DNA of 64,000 nucleotides, from assembly GCA_008369845.1 (NCBI GenBank), contig MRSU01011701.1, positions 1 to 64,000 on the forward strand. Direction: 5' to 3'. Position numbers and translations under genes: made by a program. Of the stretch, positions 11,481 to 22,272 are shown one piece after another (the stretch's first letter is position 1; every line of letters starts with the position of its first letter). This DNA comes from Trichomonas gallinae. Its lineage: Eukaryota. The notes below the pieces were generated by a model. That model was given only the letters and a program-made list of their open reading frames with translations, was not told the DNA's origin and did no database searches.

Positions 11481-13450
11481 CGATAAGATAAGAATAATGT
11501 AAACTAATGAAAATTGATAATCAACTCAATTTTTTTCGTAGGATTATTTTGTTATATTTAGACTTTATAGAATATAGCGAAGAGTTAAATTTAATCAAAA
11601 ACGTTAAAGAATTTTTAAATTAATATTTTAAATTATAATATATAATCGATTTCCTTGTATAGCGTAAAAATTTTGAAAAAAGTAAACCATTTAAAAATTG
11701 TAATAGTTTGTTTACACATTTATTTTCTGACTGTCATTTTTATGAAATTTGTAACTTTTGAGTCATTTTCAACAATTTTTATATGAATAACATTACCATA
11801 TTGTACGGGCCAGAATATGAGATTATTAATTTTTCATTTTAAAAAGAATTTACGGAAAAATATGATATAATATCCTTAAAATATGATTTCTTGAATTTTT
11901 TTTGATAATCAAAATTGAAAACTTCTTAAACTAATTTGAATTCATTCCTATTGTGATGTAATTTTGAATAAACTGTGTATTATTGGTTGAATTACAGAGT
12001 AGTAAATAATATAAGATTGATTTTGATTCGAACAAAATAAAATTCAATTCAATTTTTTCCTATCCTAAATCGTTTAATTTATTGATATAGACAACATGAC
12101 CATATATTCAGTTATCGGCATAAATTCACACTTTTGTATGACCACAAAAATCATTTAGTATATTATCCTATATTGCATCTAGAAATATAAATTAACTCCA
12201 AATTATTTTCAGAATATTTTCAAATGTGTCAAAAAATAGTTTTCAATTCCTAACGCAAAATTTATTCTTCGATTTTTCCCATAAATACGAAAAGTAGACA
12301 ATATAGGTAATCGAAATATAGCTTTACTCGTAATTTTTCACAATCTCGCGTCGTTTGTGGTTTATATTTCTGAGTAGAAATCAAATTGACATCTACAGCA
12401 TATATAGTTGCTAAAACCCAATGAGAAACTGATTTTAAATCATTTTATAAATTTATTCAATCAAAAATCTTGAGCTTGCGGTATTTTTATATCGGTTCTG
12501 ATATTGCATAGTGCATACGATCATGGATATATCATCATATTCCCTTAACTTGGGTTATTTAGATAATTTTGAAATCGATATTTCTTAATCTTTCCGTTTG
12601 GAAATCAACATTTATATATTGATACTGATTGGAAGTTTGATCATCGGAATTGAAAGATAAATCCAAAATATTATATTTTCAATGTCTATTCTAACTTCTG
12701 ACCTTCCCATATACCAATAGTAACTATAATCTATGAACGATAGCCGAAATTGCGTAGTTAAGTTGATTTGTCAATACAATAAGATTTGATCAGAAACCAA
12801 CCTGTATCGAAATGAGTATCGTACATTTCCCACTTTGGCACTTGTCAGAATACTGCCTACCACGAGTCATTTGAATGCTATGATAAAACAATGATACATG
12901 ATAGAATTTTAAAAATATTTGTTATGTAAACCATTTTATTTGTCATAATTCCATGAATTTATTATTCAATTGGACCAAATTAAATCTGTCAAGTAAATTT
13001 AATATTTATGATTCGTAAAGTTGATTAAACCAACTTTGAGCATTACTTTTAACAACTTGTTGTGATGTATATTATTAAATTTATCAAATATTTTTGGATT
13101 TCAGCCTATTTGTGATAATATTGAAATTCATTTTAATGATTAAAGAAGACAACACAACAGAAAAATAAATATATAGAAGTAGTATGTCTTATATTCTAAA
13201 TATTGTGTCCCTTTCAGATTTCTATTTTCAGAATTGAAATTGTCTACGACAAGCTGTGCTGAGAAAATAAATATAGCATATTTAGGTCCATTATAGTATA
13301 TTTGTTAATGCAGCCGACTCGAAATAAGAATATTCTTAAAATGACATCCACGATTAACCATTTTTAATTAAAAATTCAACATTGCAGATAAATATAAGTA
13401 AATTTGCAGTTCACTTTTGATGAACTGAAGAAATAAATTTTTTTCTTGCA

Positions 13451-15310
13451 ATGTTTCTTAGTTTTGCTTATCTTTCCGCTTCATATAACCAGACGGTCAG
13501 CTGTCGTATGGTTGACGGAAAAATCCAAATAACCGAAGGAATTACACATAACTACGATGCTTACGCAGAATATATTAATGAATTAAATACAACAGGCTGG
13601 CATCAAATTCACGTCATTGGAAATGAAAAATCCGAGTCTGCTGCTATGGCTCGTTGCGCTGGTGCCGTTGAAGGCTATGTCGCTCACACAGAAATTTATC
13701 AGCATTTTTATGGTATCCAAGAATACATGGATTGGAACATTTCCGCTACATGCGATGAAGATAGGTATCCAAAAGGTTACCCAGAGTTCGTTAAAGCACA
13801 CATAAAATATATTCGCGAATCCATTGACGCTTATCCAGAATCTCCATACTGGAGAGCTATCGGTCTCATCAATGAGCAGGTCAGGGGCGTTTACGAAGGC
13901 TATCTTGCCCATCCAGATCATCATTTTATGTCTGAGATGGACCACTGGTGCGTTCAGGCTGAAGGCGACCTCGGTGACTTTGTCAAGATCGTCAACCTTC
14001 AACAGATCCACAGCGATAAATCCGGCCCAACAAGAAGTCTCAAGACTCCACCAATTCCAAAGGAATTAGGCGACAAGTGCACTGGTTTAGTTCGTCTCTT
14101 AGATGACTACTCCGATGTTTACTTCGCACATGACGCATGGAGCAACATTCTCGATCTTCACGGCACATTGAAAGAATATTATCTCCCAATGAAGGAGTTC
14201 ACAGCTAAAACAGTAACTCTTTCTACACGCCCAGGCCAGATTGCCTCACTCGACGATTTCTATCTCACAGATTCAGGCCTCATGGTCCTCGAGACAACAA
14301 TGGGCATCTTCAACGATTCTCTCTTCTACCAGGTTACACCGAACGGCGTTTCCACATGGATGAGAGCCATCTTCGCCACAAGAATGGCCCACAATGGCAG
14401 CGAGTGGACAAACTTGTTCATCAAGCACAACCTCGGCACATATAACAACCAGTACTTGATTGTCGACACAAACAAGTTCGAGAAGGGCAAGAAGCCAGAG
14501 AAGGACTTGCTTTGGGTCATCGAGCAGGTTCCAGGCACACAGTCAATGGCTGCAGATATCACAGGCGACTTAGTTTCCAAGGGCTACTTCCCATCATTCA
14601 ACAAGCCACACTTCCCAGAACTATTCAAGCTCATGATGTACCCAGAGAAGATCGCCGCCAACCCACAGACAGCCGTCTACTGGGACTACAACACATCAGC
14701 TAGAAACTTGTTGATGGCCAGAGAAGCACCAAGGATCCATGACTTCGAGACATTCAAGAAGTTCATGCGCTACAACAACTGGGAGAAGGATGTTTACTCC
14801 AACGGCGACCCAGGCCAGATGATGATGTCTAGATACGACCTTAGATACGGCGGACTTTGGGGCAACAAGATCCCAGATGCCGGCTTAGATACAAAGGCAG
14901 CTAAGCTCACACACGCTAGATCAATGATGGCTTTCGATGCCATCCAGTCTCCAGCTTACGAGCAGCAGCCAGCCTTCGACTGGTCTGAGTTCCCAGACAT
15001 GGTACACCCAGGTCTCCCAGAGCACTGGAACTTCACATGGATGAAGTTCAAGCCACACACATTCGACCGCTGCAACTTCACAACACAGAAGGAATGCTTC
15101 ACAGATGATATGTGCGGATGGTGCCACTACGATAACAAGTGCTACGCTGGTGACAAGGAGGGACCATATGACGGCAAATGCGAGGATGGTTGGACAGTTT
15201 ATAAAGCAGAACCATCATGGGCCGTTCCTCTCATCGCAAGTGTTTCCGTCGCAATTACTGTATTCGTTGGTATAGTATTTTTCTTGCATTTCTTTTCTAG
15301 GAAGTTTTGA
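13451..15310 (+). CDS. Phospholipase B-like Ntn hydrolase (PLBD family) with C-terminal PSI-like Cys module and TM anchor
   Basis: N-terminal signal-like segment; DKCTGLVRL (nucleophile Cys); SLDDFY, LETT, GTYNNQY, EQVPG, MRYNNW, GLDTK; CGWC PSI-like motif; hydrophobic C-terminal helix. Confidence 0.9.
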   Translation: MFLSFAYLSASYNQTVSCRMVDGKIQITEGITHNYDAYAEYINELNTTGWHQIHVIGNEKSESAAMARCAGAVEGYVAHTEIYQHFYGIQEYMDWNISATCDEDRYPKGYPEFVKAHIKYIRESIDAYPESPYWRAIGLINEQVRGVYEGYLAHPDHHFMSEMDHWCVQAEGDLGDFVKIVNLQQIHSDKSGPTRSLKTPPIPKELGDKCTGLVRLLDDYSDVYFAHDAWSNILDLHGTLKEYYLPMKEFTAKTVTLSTRPGQIASLDDFYLTDSGLMVLETTMGIFNDSLFYQVTPNGVSTWMRAIFATRMAHNGSEWTNLFIKHNLGTYNNQYLIVDTNKFEKGKKPEKDLLWVIEQVPGTQSMAADITGDLVSKGYFPSFNKPHFPELFKLMMYPEKIAANPQTAVYWDYNTSARNLLMAREAPRIHDFETFKKFMRYNNWEKDVYSNGDPGQMMMSRYDLRYGGLWGNKIPDAGLDTKAAKLTHARSMMAFDAIQSPAYEQQPAFDWSEFPDMVHPGLPEHWNFTWMKFKPHTFDRCNFTTQKECFTDDMCGWCHYDNKCYAGDKEGPYDGKCEDGWTVYKAEPSWAVPLIASVSVAITVFVGIVFFLHFFSRKF

Positions 15311-15885
15311 TCCTTTTCATAAATTTCAAGTTTCATAAATTTTCACAATCTCCATTTTTCCTACTTTACACATAACAAAACCATCAGATTTATTTTAATT
15401 TGATAATATTTTTTTTCTTTATCTTGTTTTTATATATCATTTATCATGTAAATTTTCACAAAATAAAAATTTATTAACAATTTCATATGATTTTTTAATA
15501 TATTGTAAAAATATATCAAATTTTATTTAATTTTCTAATATCATTACTTTAATTGAAAATTTAAGTTTTGTTGGCCATAGAAAAAATATATTTGGATTTT
15601 TGTGGATAATCGAAGAAATATGTAATAAAATTAAAATATATTTAGCAGAAACTGCCATAAACATATACATTAGATAGTAGAAAAGTTTGTGAATTTACAG
15701 TCTAATAATAGTATATAAGAGCCAAATCAAATTCCTGAAAAATTATGATATTATTCTAAAAATACCAAATATATAACTAATAAATATAAAAATGGTTAGT
15801 TCGTGAAGATGGCGAAAAAATAAAAAATAAGTATGGTCTTCGTCATAACCGTCGATCGTCCTTTGTAAACTTCAAAACAAAAAAA

Positions 15886-16110
15886 ATGGCGATTGAACAG
15901 CCCTATTTGGGAATGCTTATTGGCTCAATGGTCTTCCTCGGCCTTATAGTTGTCACTGATATCATTCTTGGTATCGTATTTAGAAAGGGACAGACTTGCT
16001 ATGCAATCAACTTTGCAACAATTCTTTACGTAATGGCCTGGATTATGTGGATCTGCGTTTATATGTGCCAGATGTTCCCATTAGTCGTGCCAGAGAAATC
16101 AAAGTCATAA
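15886..16110 (+). CDS. ATP6V0E: V-type ATPase V0 subunit e
   Basis: 74 aa with two TM helices; WIMWICVYMCQMFPLVVP matches the subunit e W...Q.xPL.xP signature. Confidence 0.8.
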   Translation: MAIEQPYLGMLIGSMVFLGLIVVTDIILGIVFRKGQTCYAINFATILYVMAWIMWICVYMCQMFPLVVPEKSKS

Positions 16111-16918
16111 ATTACAAAAAAATATCATCTATACTTATTAAATAATTGCTATTTTAAAATCAACATCAAAATCAAATTCATGTCTAATGATTAAAGAACT
16201 ACTATTTCAAAATTCCAATCAAAGTCATGTCTTTTGATAAAATATAGTCTTTTTTTCCGAACGACAACTGAGGAACTGAGAATTGATGAAAATTCGCATT
16301 TCCTTTTTCGTCCACTTCTCGTTTATTTTTTCATTTTTTAGATAATTTTTTTTCTTCGGCAATATTAACATCATATTGCAGTTATGAACTAGATTCACTT
16401 CATGAGTTCTCTTGCTGCGATTTTATTTTATAGTTTGATATCAAAATTCATGTTTCACCATTATGAAATTTGCTTGAATGAGCTAATAAATGAATACAAT
16501 TAGCCATGGTTTATAATTTAAAAAAGCAAATGAATCATATAATGCATTTATATAGATTTGATATTCAAAAATCATAATTAGTATAGATACTCAATGTATT
16601 GCTTTACTTTTAATGACTAATCTATGCCTATAAATATGTATTCTACTCTATAAATAATGAAATATTATGCAGATTTACAGATATTTGCTTGTTTTTATAG
16701 GATAACTAATTGAAGAAAAAAGGATGATGTATTATAGGCTATAACACGAATAATATTCTTCTACATGTTTATTTTTGCCTGGAAACCTAAAAATTAATGA
16801 TGACAAAAATGTCAAATATTGTTTGTAAATTGTCAAATATTTTTGTAAATCAAAAACGACACTTTTGTAGATAAAAAAAATTTGGTTATTCAAGAAAACT
16901 TTTGATCATTTTAGGGTA

Positions 16919-18244
16919 ATGGAATTTCCTCTCCAGCTTGATTTCGGTAACAACGTGATCGTGAAGGGGAGTATTTCATTAAGCACCAAAAATAATGAAG
17001 TTTTTGTAACTTTTTTAAATCAAGATCACGAAATAATTATGATTGACACACTTTCGCAGCTACATACCATCGAATTTGACGATGATGACCCCCTTATCAT
17101 GAAATTTAAGGGTGATAACGTTAAAAGAACCTTTAGATTAGAAAAAGAATCAGATGTATCAAGCATTTGGACATATTTTCAACAATACCACAAGCTTAAA
17201 CCGGCACCAGGTAACAAGAAAATATTCTCTATTCTTCCTAAAAACGCGAATTGTCCAAGATCAAATTCGACACCTTTAGCAAGTGTAAAATTTCCGCATA
17301 CGGCTGATGGAATTTCGAATAGCTTGATCAGGGAATCAATATCAGAGCTCCAAATAATTACTGTTAATGAAAGCAACTTTGATCGCGTTTTTAGCGGGAA
17401 TAGGATAATAAATGGGATATCAGCAAGTGAGCTGGATGTTGATCCAACATTCGCAATTGAGCTTTGGCGAAGAATTTTGGGAATTCAAATTTGGAAAGAA
17501 CGAGAATATCAAGAAATCAAGGCTCAAATTGATAGTATTGCAACAAACAGCGAAGAAGAACCACAGAAACTTAAGAATTTTGTTGATTCTGTTAAAGATT
17601 ATCTTCCAAAGATGAATTTTCAAGTTCTTGGAGCAGATCAGATATCTTTTAAAGCATTATTAGCATTTGCCATACATAATTCGTTCAATGAAAACTATAT
17701 TTCCAGCATGATTCACGTTGTAACTTTATTTACAAATTGTCTTCTTGCTGGAATAACAGATTCGAACATTTTAACACAAAGTGGAGATACTATTTCAGCT
17801 GATATGGCAAGCACAATAGTATTTACACTATTTGATGCTTATTATTCAAAAACAACAAATATTTGGACGAATTTATTCGATGAAACAATGGAACTAATAA
17901 TGTTCTCATCACCATCAACTCACCAGATGATAACAAACCTGAAAATCGAGAATTTTGATTTCATTTCAGACGAAATTGGCTCCATGTTCATAAAAGACAG
18001 AGATATCGAAAATTCTGTCTTGCTGATGACATCAGGACTCTCTTCTGCATCGATTTCACAGTTTATTCGCAGCTTTCTCGCTTCATCTTTTATTTTGTTG
18101 CACAACAGACTTGCAGAAATCGCCGAAGAGCAACCATCCCTGTTTTGTGACACATATTCGAGGCTGTTGCAAACCGTGAACGTTCGATTACTGCTTCATA
18201 ATTCCCTTGTTATGTCAGATTTCGAAAACGACGCCGAAATATAA
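16919..18244 (+). CDS. Divergent TBC1D15-like protein (PH-like N-terminus plus degenerate TBC domain)
   Basis: ELWRRILGI...EYQEIKAQ resembles TBC block A; YISSM replaces YxQGM; no IxxDxxR motif. Confidence 0.5.
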   Translation: MEFPLQLDFGNNVIVKGSISLSTKNNEVFVTFLNQDHEIIMIDTLSQLHTIEFDDDDPLIMKFKGDNVKRTFRLEKESDVSSIWTYFQQYHKLKPAPGNKKIFSILPKNANCPRSNSTPLASVKFPHTADGISNSLIRESISELQIITVNESNFDRVFSGNRIINGISASELDVDPTFAIELWRRILGIQIWKEREYQEIKAQIDSIATNSEEEPQKLKNFVDSVKDYLPKMNFQVLGADQISFKALLAFAIHNSFNENYISSMIHVVTLFTNCLLAGITDSNILTQSGDTISADMASTIVFTLFDAYYSKTTNIWTNLFDETMELIMFSSPSTHQMITNLKIENFDFISDEIGSMFIKDRDIENSVLLMTSGLSSASISQFIRSFLASSFILLHNRLAEIAEEQPSLFCDTYSRLLQTVNVRLLLHNSLVMSDFENDAEI

Positions 18245-18466
18245 CCATTATTGTGCTTGGACATTCACTATTGAGGATTTTTCTATTCGTTGGCGCTTTG
18301 TTCATAGCTATTTGTCCATTTTTTTGGTTTCAAATGTGAGATAATCAAACGAATGCACGAAACCAAGATATATCCATTCCAAAAGGCCTACCTATGCGTG
18401 TGCTCTGTGTTGTGAGGTTGATGGACAATCGATGCTTATAACCACCAAAATTTGTCAATTTTTATT

Positions 18467-18976
18467 ATGTCAAATCCCCTTGCATCATATCTTGCTGCCA
18501 TTCGCAGGACATTGCAGGCGGCCCTTTGCCTCCGTAATTTCGCGTCTCAGGAAATCGAGCGCCAAAACAAACCAGAAATTGAAATTGGAAAAACACCAGA
18601 AGTCATCGCACATCCTCTCCTCATCTCTCGCTCTCAGTATGAGAAGGTGTACATCGAAACTGCCATCAACAGTGTCCGCGTTTCCGTTAGAATAAAGCAG
18701 ATTGATGATGTCGACAGGATTCTCGCAAAGATGTTCATGAGATTCATCGCCCAAAGAGCTGACCAGTTCCGCATCATTCGCCGCAAGCCAATTCAGGGCT
18801 ACGATATCTCGTTCTTAGTCACAAATATTCATACTGAACAAATGATCTTATCTAAATTAATCGATTTCCTCATCACATTCCTTACTGATGTCGACAAGGA
18901 ACTCTCTGACATGAAGATTACACTCACAAAGCGCGCTCGTAATTGCTCAGAAGAATATCTCAGGATTCTTGTTTAA
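18467..18976 (+). CDS. ARPC4: Arp2/3 complex subunit 4 (p20)
   Basis: YLAAIRRTLQAALCLRNFASQEIERQNKPEIE, IETAINSVRVS, RRKPIQGYDISFL; 169 aa from the ATG at 18467. Confidence 0.97.
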   Translation: MSNPLASYLAAIRRTLQAALCLRNFASQEIERQNKPEIEIGKTPEVIAHPLLISRSQYEKVYIETAINSVRVSVRIKQIDDVDRILAKMFMRFIAQRADQFRIIRRKPIQGYDISFLVTNIHTEQMILSKLIDFLITFLTDVDKELSDMKITLTKRARNCSEEYLRILV

Positions 18977-19165
18977 TTAAACAGATTCACTCCAGGGCAA
19001 TCAAATATATTTCATATACATATTCTATTTACGTTATACAAATGTGTATATTACCTTCACAAAAATTAGTGAATTTTTGTTATCAAAGATTTTAAGCAAA
19101 AAATATGTGTAATATCATGGTAAAAAGCAGCCAGACTATATAATATCTATCGTTTAAATACAGAA

Positions 19166-20377
19166 TTATTCTTGAGATTGAGATTCATCTTTTTGCTGAG
19201 GATTTTCGTCTTTTTCCTTTTTATCTGTGTCAAAAGTAATCGGTTCTTCCTTGCCATCCTCAATAATCGTCTTAAGTCTCGCCATTTCTTCGATATTTTC
19301 TTTTGGCGGCTCTGGCTTCACGCCTTTGATCTTATCGCCAGCTAGTAATGCTATCTGTTCTAAATCTTTATTTATTTTCTCGTCTTTCTTGATGAATTTG
19401 AGAATTTCAGAATTCGCTTGAAATGCGTCTAGATAGCGTCCAAGCTTCATGCAGCAGTATGTCTTCCTCGAGAGCAGCCTAACCTTTAAAATACACATCT
19501 CCTGGCTAACAATTGGATCATGAATCAGCGCAAGTCCTTCATTGCAGTCAGCGAGCGCGAATTCGTAGTATCCGAGCTTCATACGTGCGAGAGCGCGGTT
19601 AGAAAAGGCCGCACAATACTGGCGATCGCTTCCTTCGATTGCTTTAGTATAGGCGTTGACTGCGGACGTGTAAGCGCCATCTTTGTAGAATGTGTCTCCA
19701 GAGTTCTTCATCCACAGTGGAGACATGTCGCCTTTTTGAGGATTGATGAATTTTCGCATTGGTCCGTCGTAGCGTGCAGCTAGGTTCTTAAATGTAGGCG
19801 TGTGCGATGTAGTGCAGACTTGTTTGCTTCTTGATGGAGCAACTTCTGCTTTTTCGTACAGAGGTTTGTCTTTCAGATCATCTGTCATATATTTACCGGC
19901 AAGAAGATCTTCTGCGTACTTTTTCTCCTCCTCTATGCGCTCTTCTAACGTTTTGCGTTGTTTCTTTTCAACATCCCATGATTTTTGCATAGATTGTTTC
20001 TTAGCTTCCTCTTCTTCTTGTTTCTTTTGCTGAGCTTTCTTCCTTTCGAACTCTATGAGCCTCTCAAGTGACTCTTCTTGTCTCTTTTTGAGCTCATCTT
20101 TATCAGGAAGCTCCCACGGATATGGTTTCCACTTATCTGGCTCGACTTTGCCAATATGCACTTGTAAATCTTGTCCTTTTGCTGACGCGATAACATTTGT
20201 GACTGAAACAAACTCTGGGAAGTTAATAATCAAAAAATACGGACTTAAGTTGAATTTTGCGTATAAATCAGCGACAACTATATCACACTTGGCCGCAGAA
20301 TGACCTTTAAATGTCAGTTTTATAATGATGCGGTCAGGAAGATCAGTTACAGTGAAGTCTGGCTTCAATGTAGTCAT
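19166..20377 (-). CDS. DNAAF4: Dynein axonemal assembly factor 4 (DYX1C1/PF23-like): CS domain, coiled coil, TPRs
   Basis: N-terminal CS domain CDIVVADLYAKFNLSPYF; PLWMKNSGDTFYKDGAYTSAVNAYTKAI and FSNRALA TPR repeats. Confidence 0.85.
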   Translation of the reverse strand: MTTLKPDFTVTDLPDRIIIKLTFKGHSAAKCDIVVADLYAKFNLSPYFLIINFPEFVSVTNVIASAKGQDLQVHIGKVEPDKWKPYPWELPDKDELKKRQEESLERLIEFERKKAQQKKQEEEEAKKQSMQKSWDVEKKQRKTLEERIEEEKKYAEDLLAGKYMTDDLKDKPLYEKAEVAPSRSKQVCTTSHTPTFKNLAARYDGPMRKFINPQKGDMSPLWMKNSGDTFYKDGAYTSAVNAYTKAIEGSDRQYCAAFSNRALARMKLGYYEFALADCNEGLALIHDPIVSQEMCILKVRLLSRKTYCCMKLGRYLDAFQANSEILKFIKKDEKINKDLEQIALLAGDKIKGVKPEPPKENIEEMARLKTIIEDGKEEPITFDTDKKEKDENPQQKDESQSQE

Positions 20378-20493
20378 TTGTGCACGTTAATTATTGTAAA
20401 ACAGGGGAGACCCTCATTTATTGCTAATTCAATACATTACATGACAAAAAGCTTTTACACGTCAAATAATTTAAATCCATTAATTTACATGTC

Positions 20494-20667
20494 AAAAATG
20501 GAGACAGCAACACAGCTTTTATTTATGCTTCATTCCATGGTCTAAGAAAAATTGTCAAACTCATCATCATAGATCCTGGAATAAATGTTAATTCAAAAGA
20601 CAAAAACAACGATACGACTTTGATTCGGGTATCAAGAAATCAATGTCATGAGCCTTCAAACTCCTAA
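20494..20667 (+). pseudogene. Ankyrin-repeat gene fragment
   Basis: Frame reads KNGDSNTAFIYASFHGLRKIVKLIIIDPGINVNSKDKNNDTTLIRVSRNQCHE; no in-frame ATG after the stop at 20467. Confidence 0.7.
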
Positions 20668-20958
20668 AGACCAAATTAGAAGATTTATCTAAATAAATGG
20701 ATATAAAGAGATAGTTTTAAAGAAAAATTGTGTCATAACAAGCATCGGCATTAAATACAAACATGCGTGTTGATAAAGTACTGTCAATATATATTTAAAT
20801 TTAGTCTTATGTTCTTTTATCTCAAAATGAATCACGCATTAGAAAGAAATTACAGTTTTCGGAGATTTTAATTCGAATGAAGCTAGAAATTGAATGTTTG
20901 AAGATTCATTTATTACCTAAACAGCATTGCTCAACTATCACATCTTTCATAAATTTGT

Positions 20959-21948
20959 TTACGGTTCTATATATATTACATGCCCGCGTGGATTAAATAC
21001 GCACTTTTGGTAAAATTCTTCTTGTGATATAATCAAATTAAAAACCCAGACAGGATCTTCTTTAAACATCGGATAATATTCAAATTGAATATCTGCGAGT
21101 AAGTCTTCTAAGCTTTTGTCCTTTAGGATTCTTATCAAGAGTGGATCATTATGAAAGTGCTCAATAACTGTTCCATTTTCAATAATTTTTTCTAATGCAG
21201 ACTTCTTTATCCTAAAATCGATTTGCTTATGATCGATGAAAGAACTGCTGCCAAAATATTTAGAAAATGTGTCAAAGTTCCTAAGAAATGATTCTTTGTG
21301 AAAGCAATTATTATAAGATAGTTTTGTATTTAAAAGTATTGCTTCACTAGCTTGCTTATATTTTTCATCACCTGTTAGTAAGTACAATGAGTGCATTTCT
21401 AACAATCCTGAAGATAAATCAGACATCGAATGATTTGATTCGAAAATTTCTGAATGTGTTAACTTATCTTTAAGATTAACTATTTGTGCAGTATAAATTT
21501 TCCCATTCGTAAGTGTTAGTAGTTCATTTGCGCATGATTTTGCTGAATTTAAGAAAAAATTATTTCCTGAAAACAAATAAGAAGAAATTAAAGGTGCAAT
21601 GATCTTTTCAATTAGAGATTTAGTCCTTATCCATGATATATTTCTGCAATTAAATAGATCATCTGATTGATTTAAAAAAAGGATGAAAGAGTGATTGAAA
21701 ATTGACAATACAGGGAAATATTCAAGCATTTCGGATAGTATATTTGAATCTGACAACTTGTTATTGATCGCAGAGATATAATATTTTGTTTCAAATGATT
21801 TAATTATATTTGTGTATTGCGATAATTTATTGTAATGTATTTTTGGGACATAAGGAATGATCTTTGTACCTAAATTTAGATTTGCTAATGGGAGGTTGCC
21901 GAAAATTATCAGTACACCAATGAAATAAATAACAATAAGCAGGAACAT
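20959..21948 (-). CDS. Divergent glycoside hydrolase family 47-like type II membrane protein
   Basis: N-terminal TM; IAPLISSYLFSGNNFFLNSAKSCANEL, LLEMHSLYLLTGDEKY and FNPRGH resemble GH47 blocks; start likely 21948 (or 22002). Confidence 0.6.
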   Translation of the reverse strand: MFLLIVIYFIGVLIIFGNLPLANLNLGTKIIPYVPKIHYNKLSQYTNIIKSFETKYYISAINNKLSDSNILSEMLEYFPVLSIFNHSFILFLNQSDDLFNCRNISWIRTKSLIEKIIAPLISSYLFSGNNFFLNSAKSCANELLTLTNGKIYTAQIVNLKDKLTHSEIFESNHSMSDLSSGLLEMHSLYLLTGDEKYKQASEAILLNTKLSYNNCFHKESFLRNFDTFSKYFGSSSFIDHKQIDFRIKKSALEKIIENGTVIEHFHNDPLLIRILKDKSLEDLLADIQFEYYPMFKEDPVWVFNLIISQEEFYQKCVFNPRGHVIYIEP

Positions 21949-22032
21949 TGCACAGTGGAGCACTTTTATCAAAAGATTTTTGGATATACAAAGATTCTTC
22001 ATGAGATGCAAATCATTGAAATGTATTTCAAA

Positions 22033-22257
22033 TTTACATGTCAAAATGACAAATAATTCAATAAATTTACACGACAAAATTAATATTTTACATGACATAT
22101 CAATTTTGAAGCCAATTTTTACATAGCAAAAAATAATATTTACACGACAGATTTATAAGATTATTTACAAGCCAAAAACTATTTTACATGACATATTAAT
22201 TTTGAAAAATTTACAAGTCATATTTTATGATTTACACGACAAAATATGTCACGTAAA
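22033..22257. repeat. Array of ten 11-bp TTTACANG(A/T)CA-type motifs (9 direct, 1 inverted) between divergent genes
   Basis: Copies start at 22033, 22066, 22087, 22118, 22139, 22164, 22183, 22210 and 22231; inverted copy at 22247-22257. Confidence 0.85.
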
Positions 22258-22272
22258 GTTTTGCAGAAATAT

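Noticed and set aside
18245..18445. RNase P/MRP or U2/U4 snRNA identity for the structured spacer
   Set aside because: Only partial resemblances; no P4 pairing, no U2 branch-recognition GTAGTA, no U4 kink-turn
22033..22257. CRISPR interpretation of the motif array
   Set aside because: Repeat is only 11 bp and degenerate, spacers are 8-22 bp, no cas genes, and the context is eukaryotic
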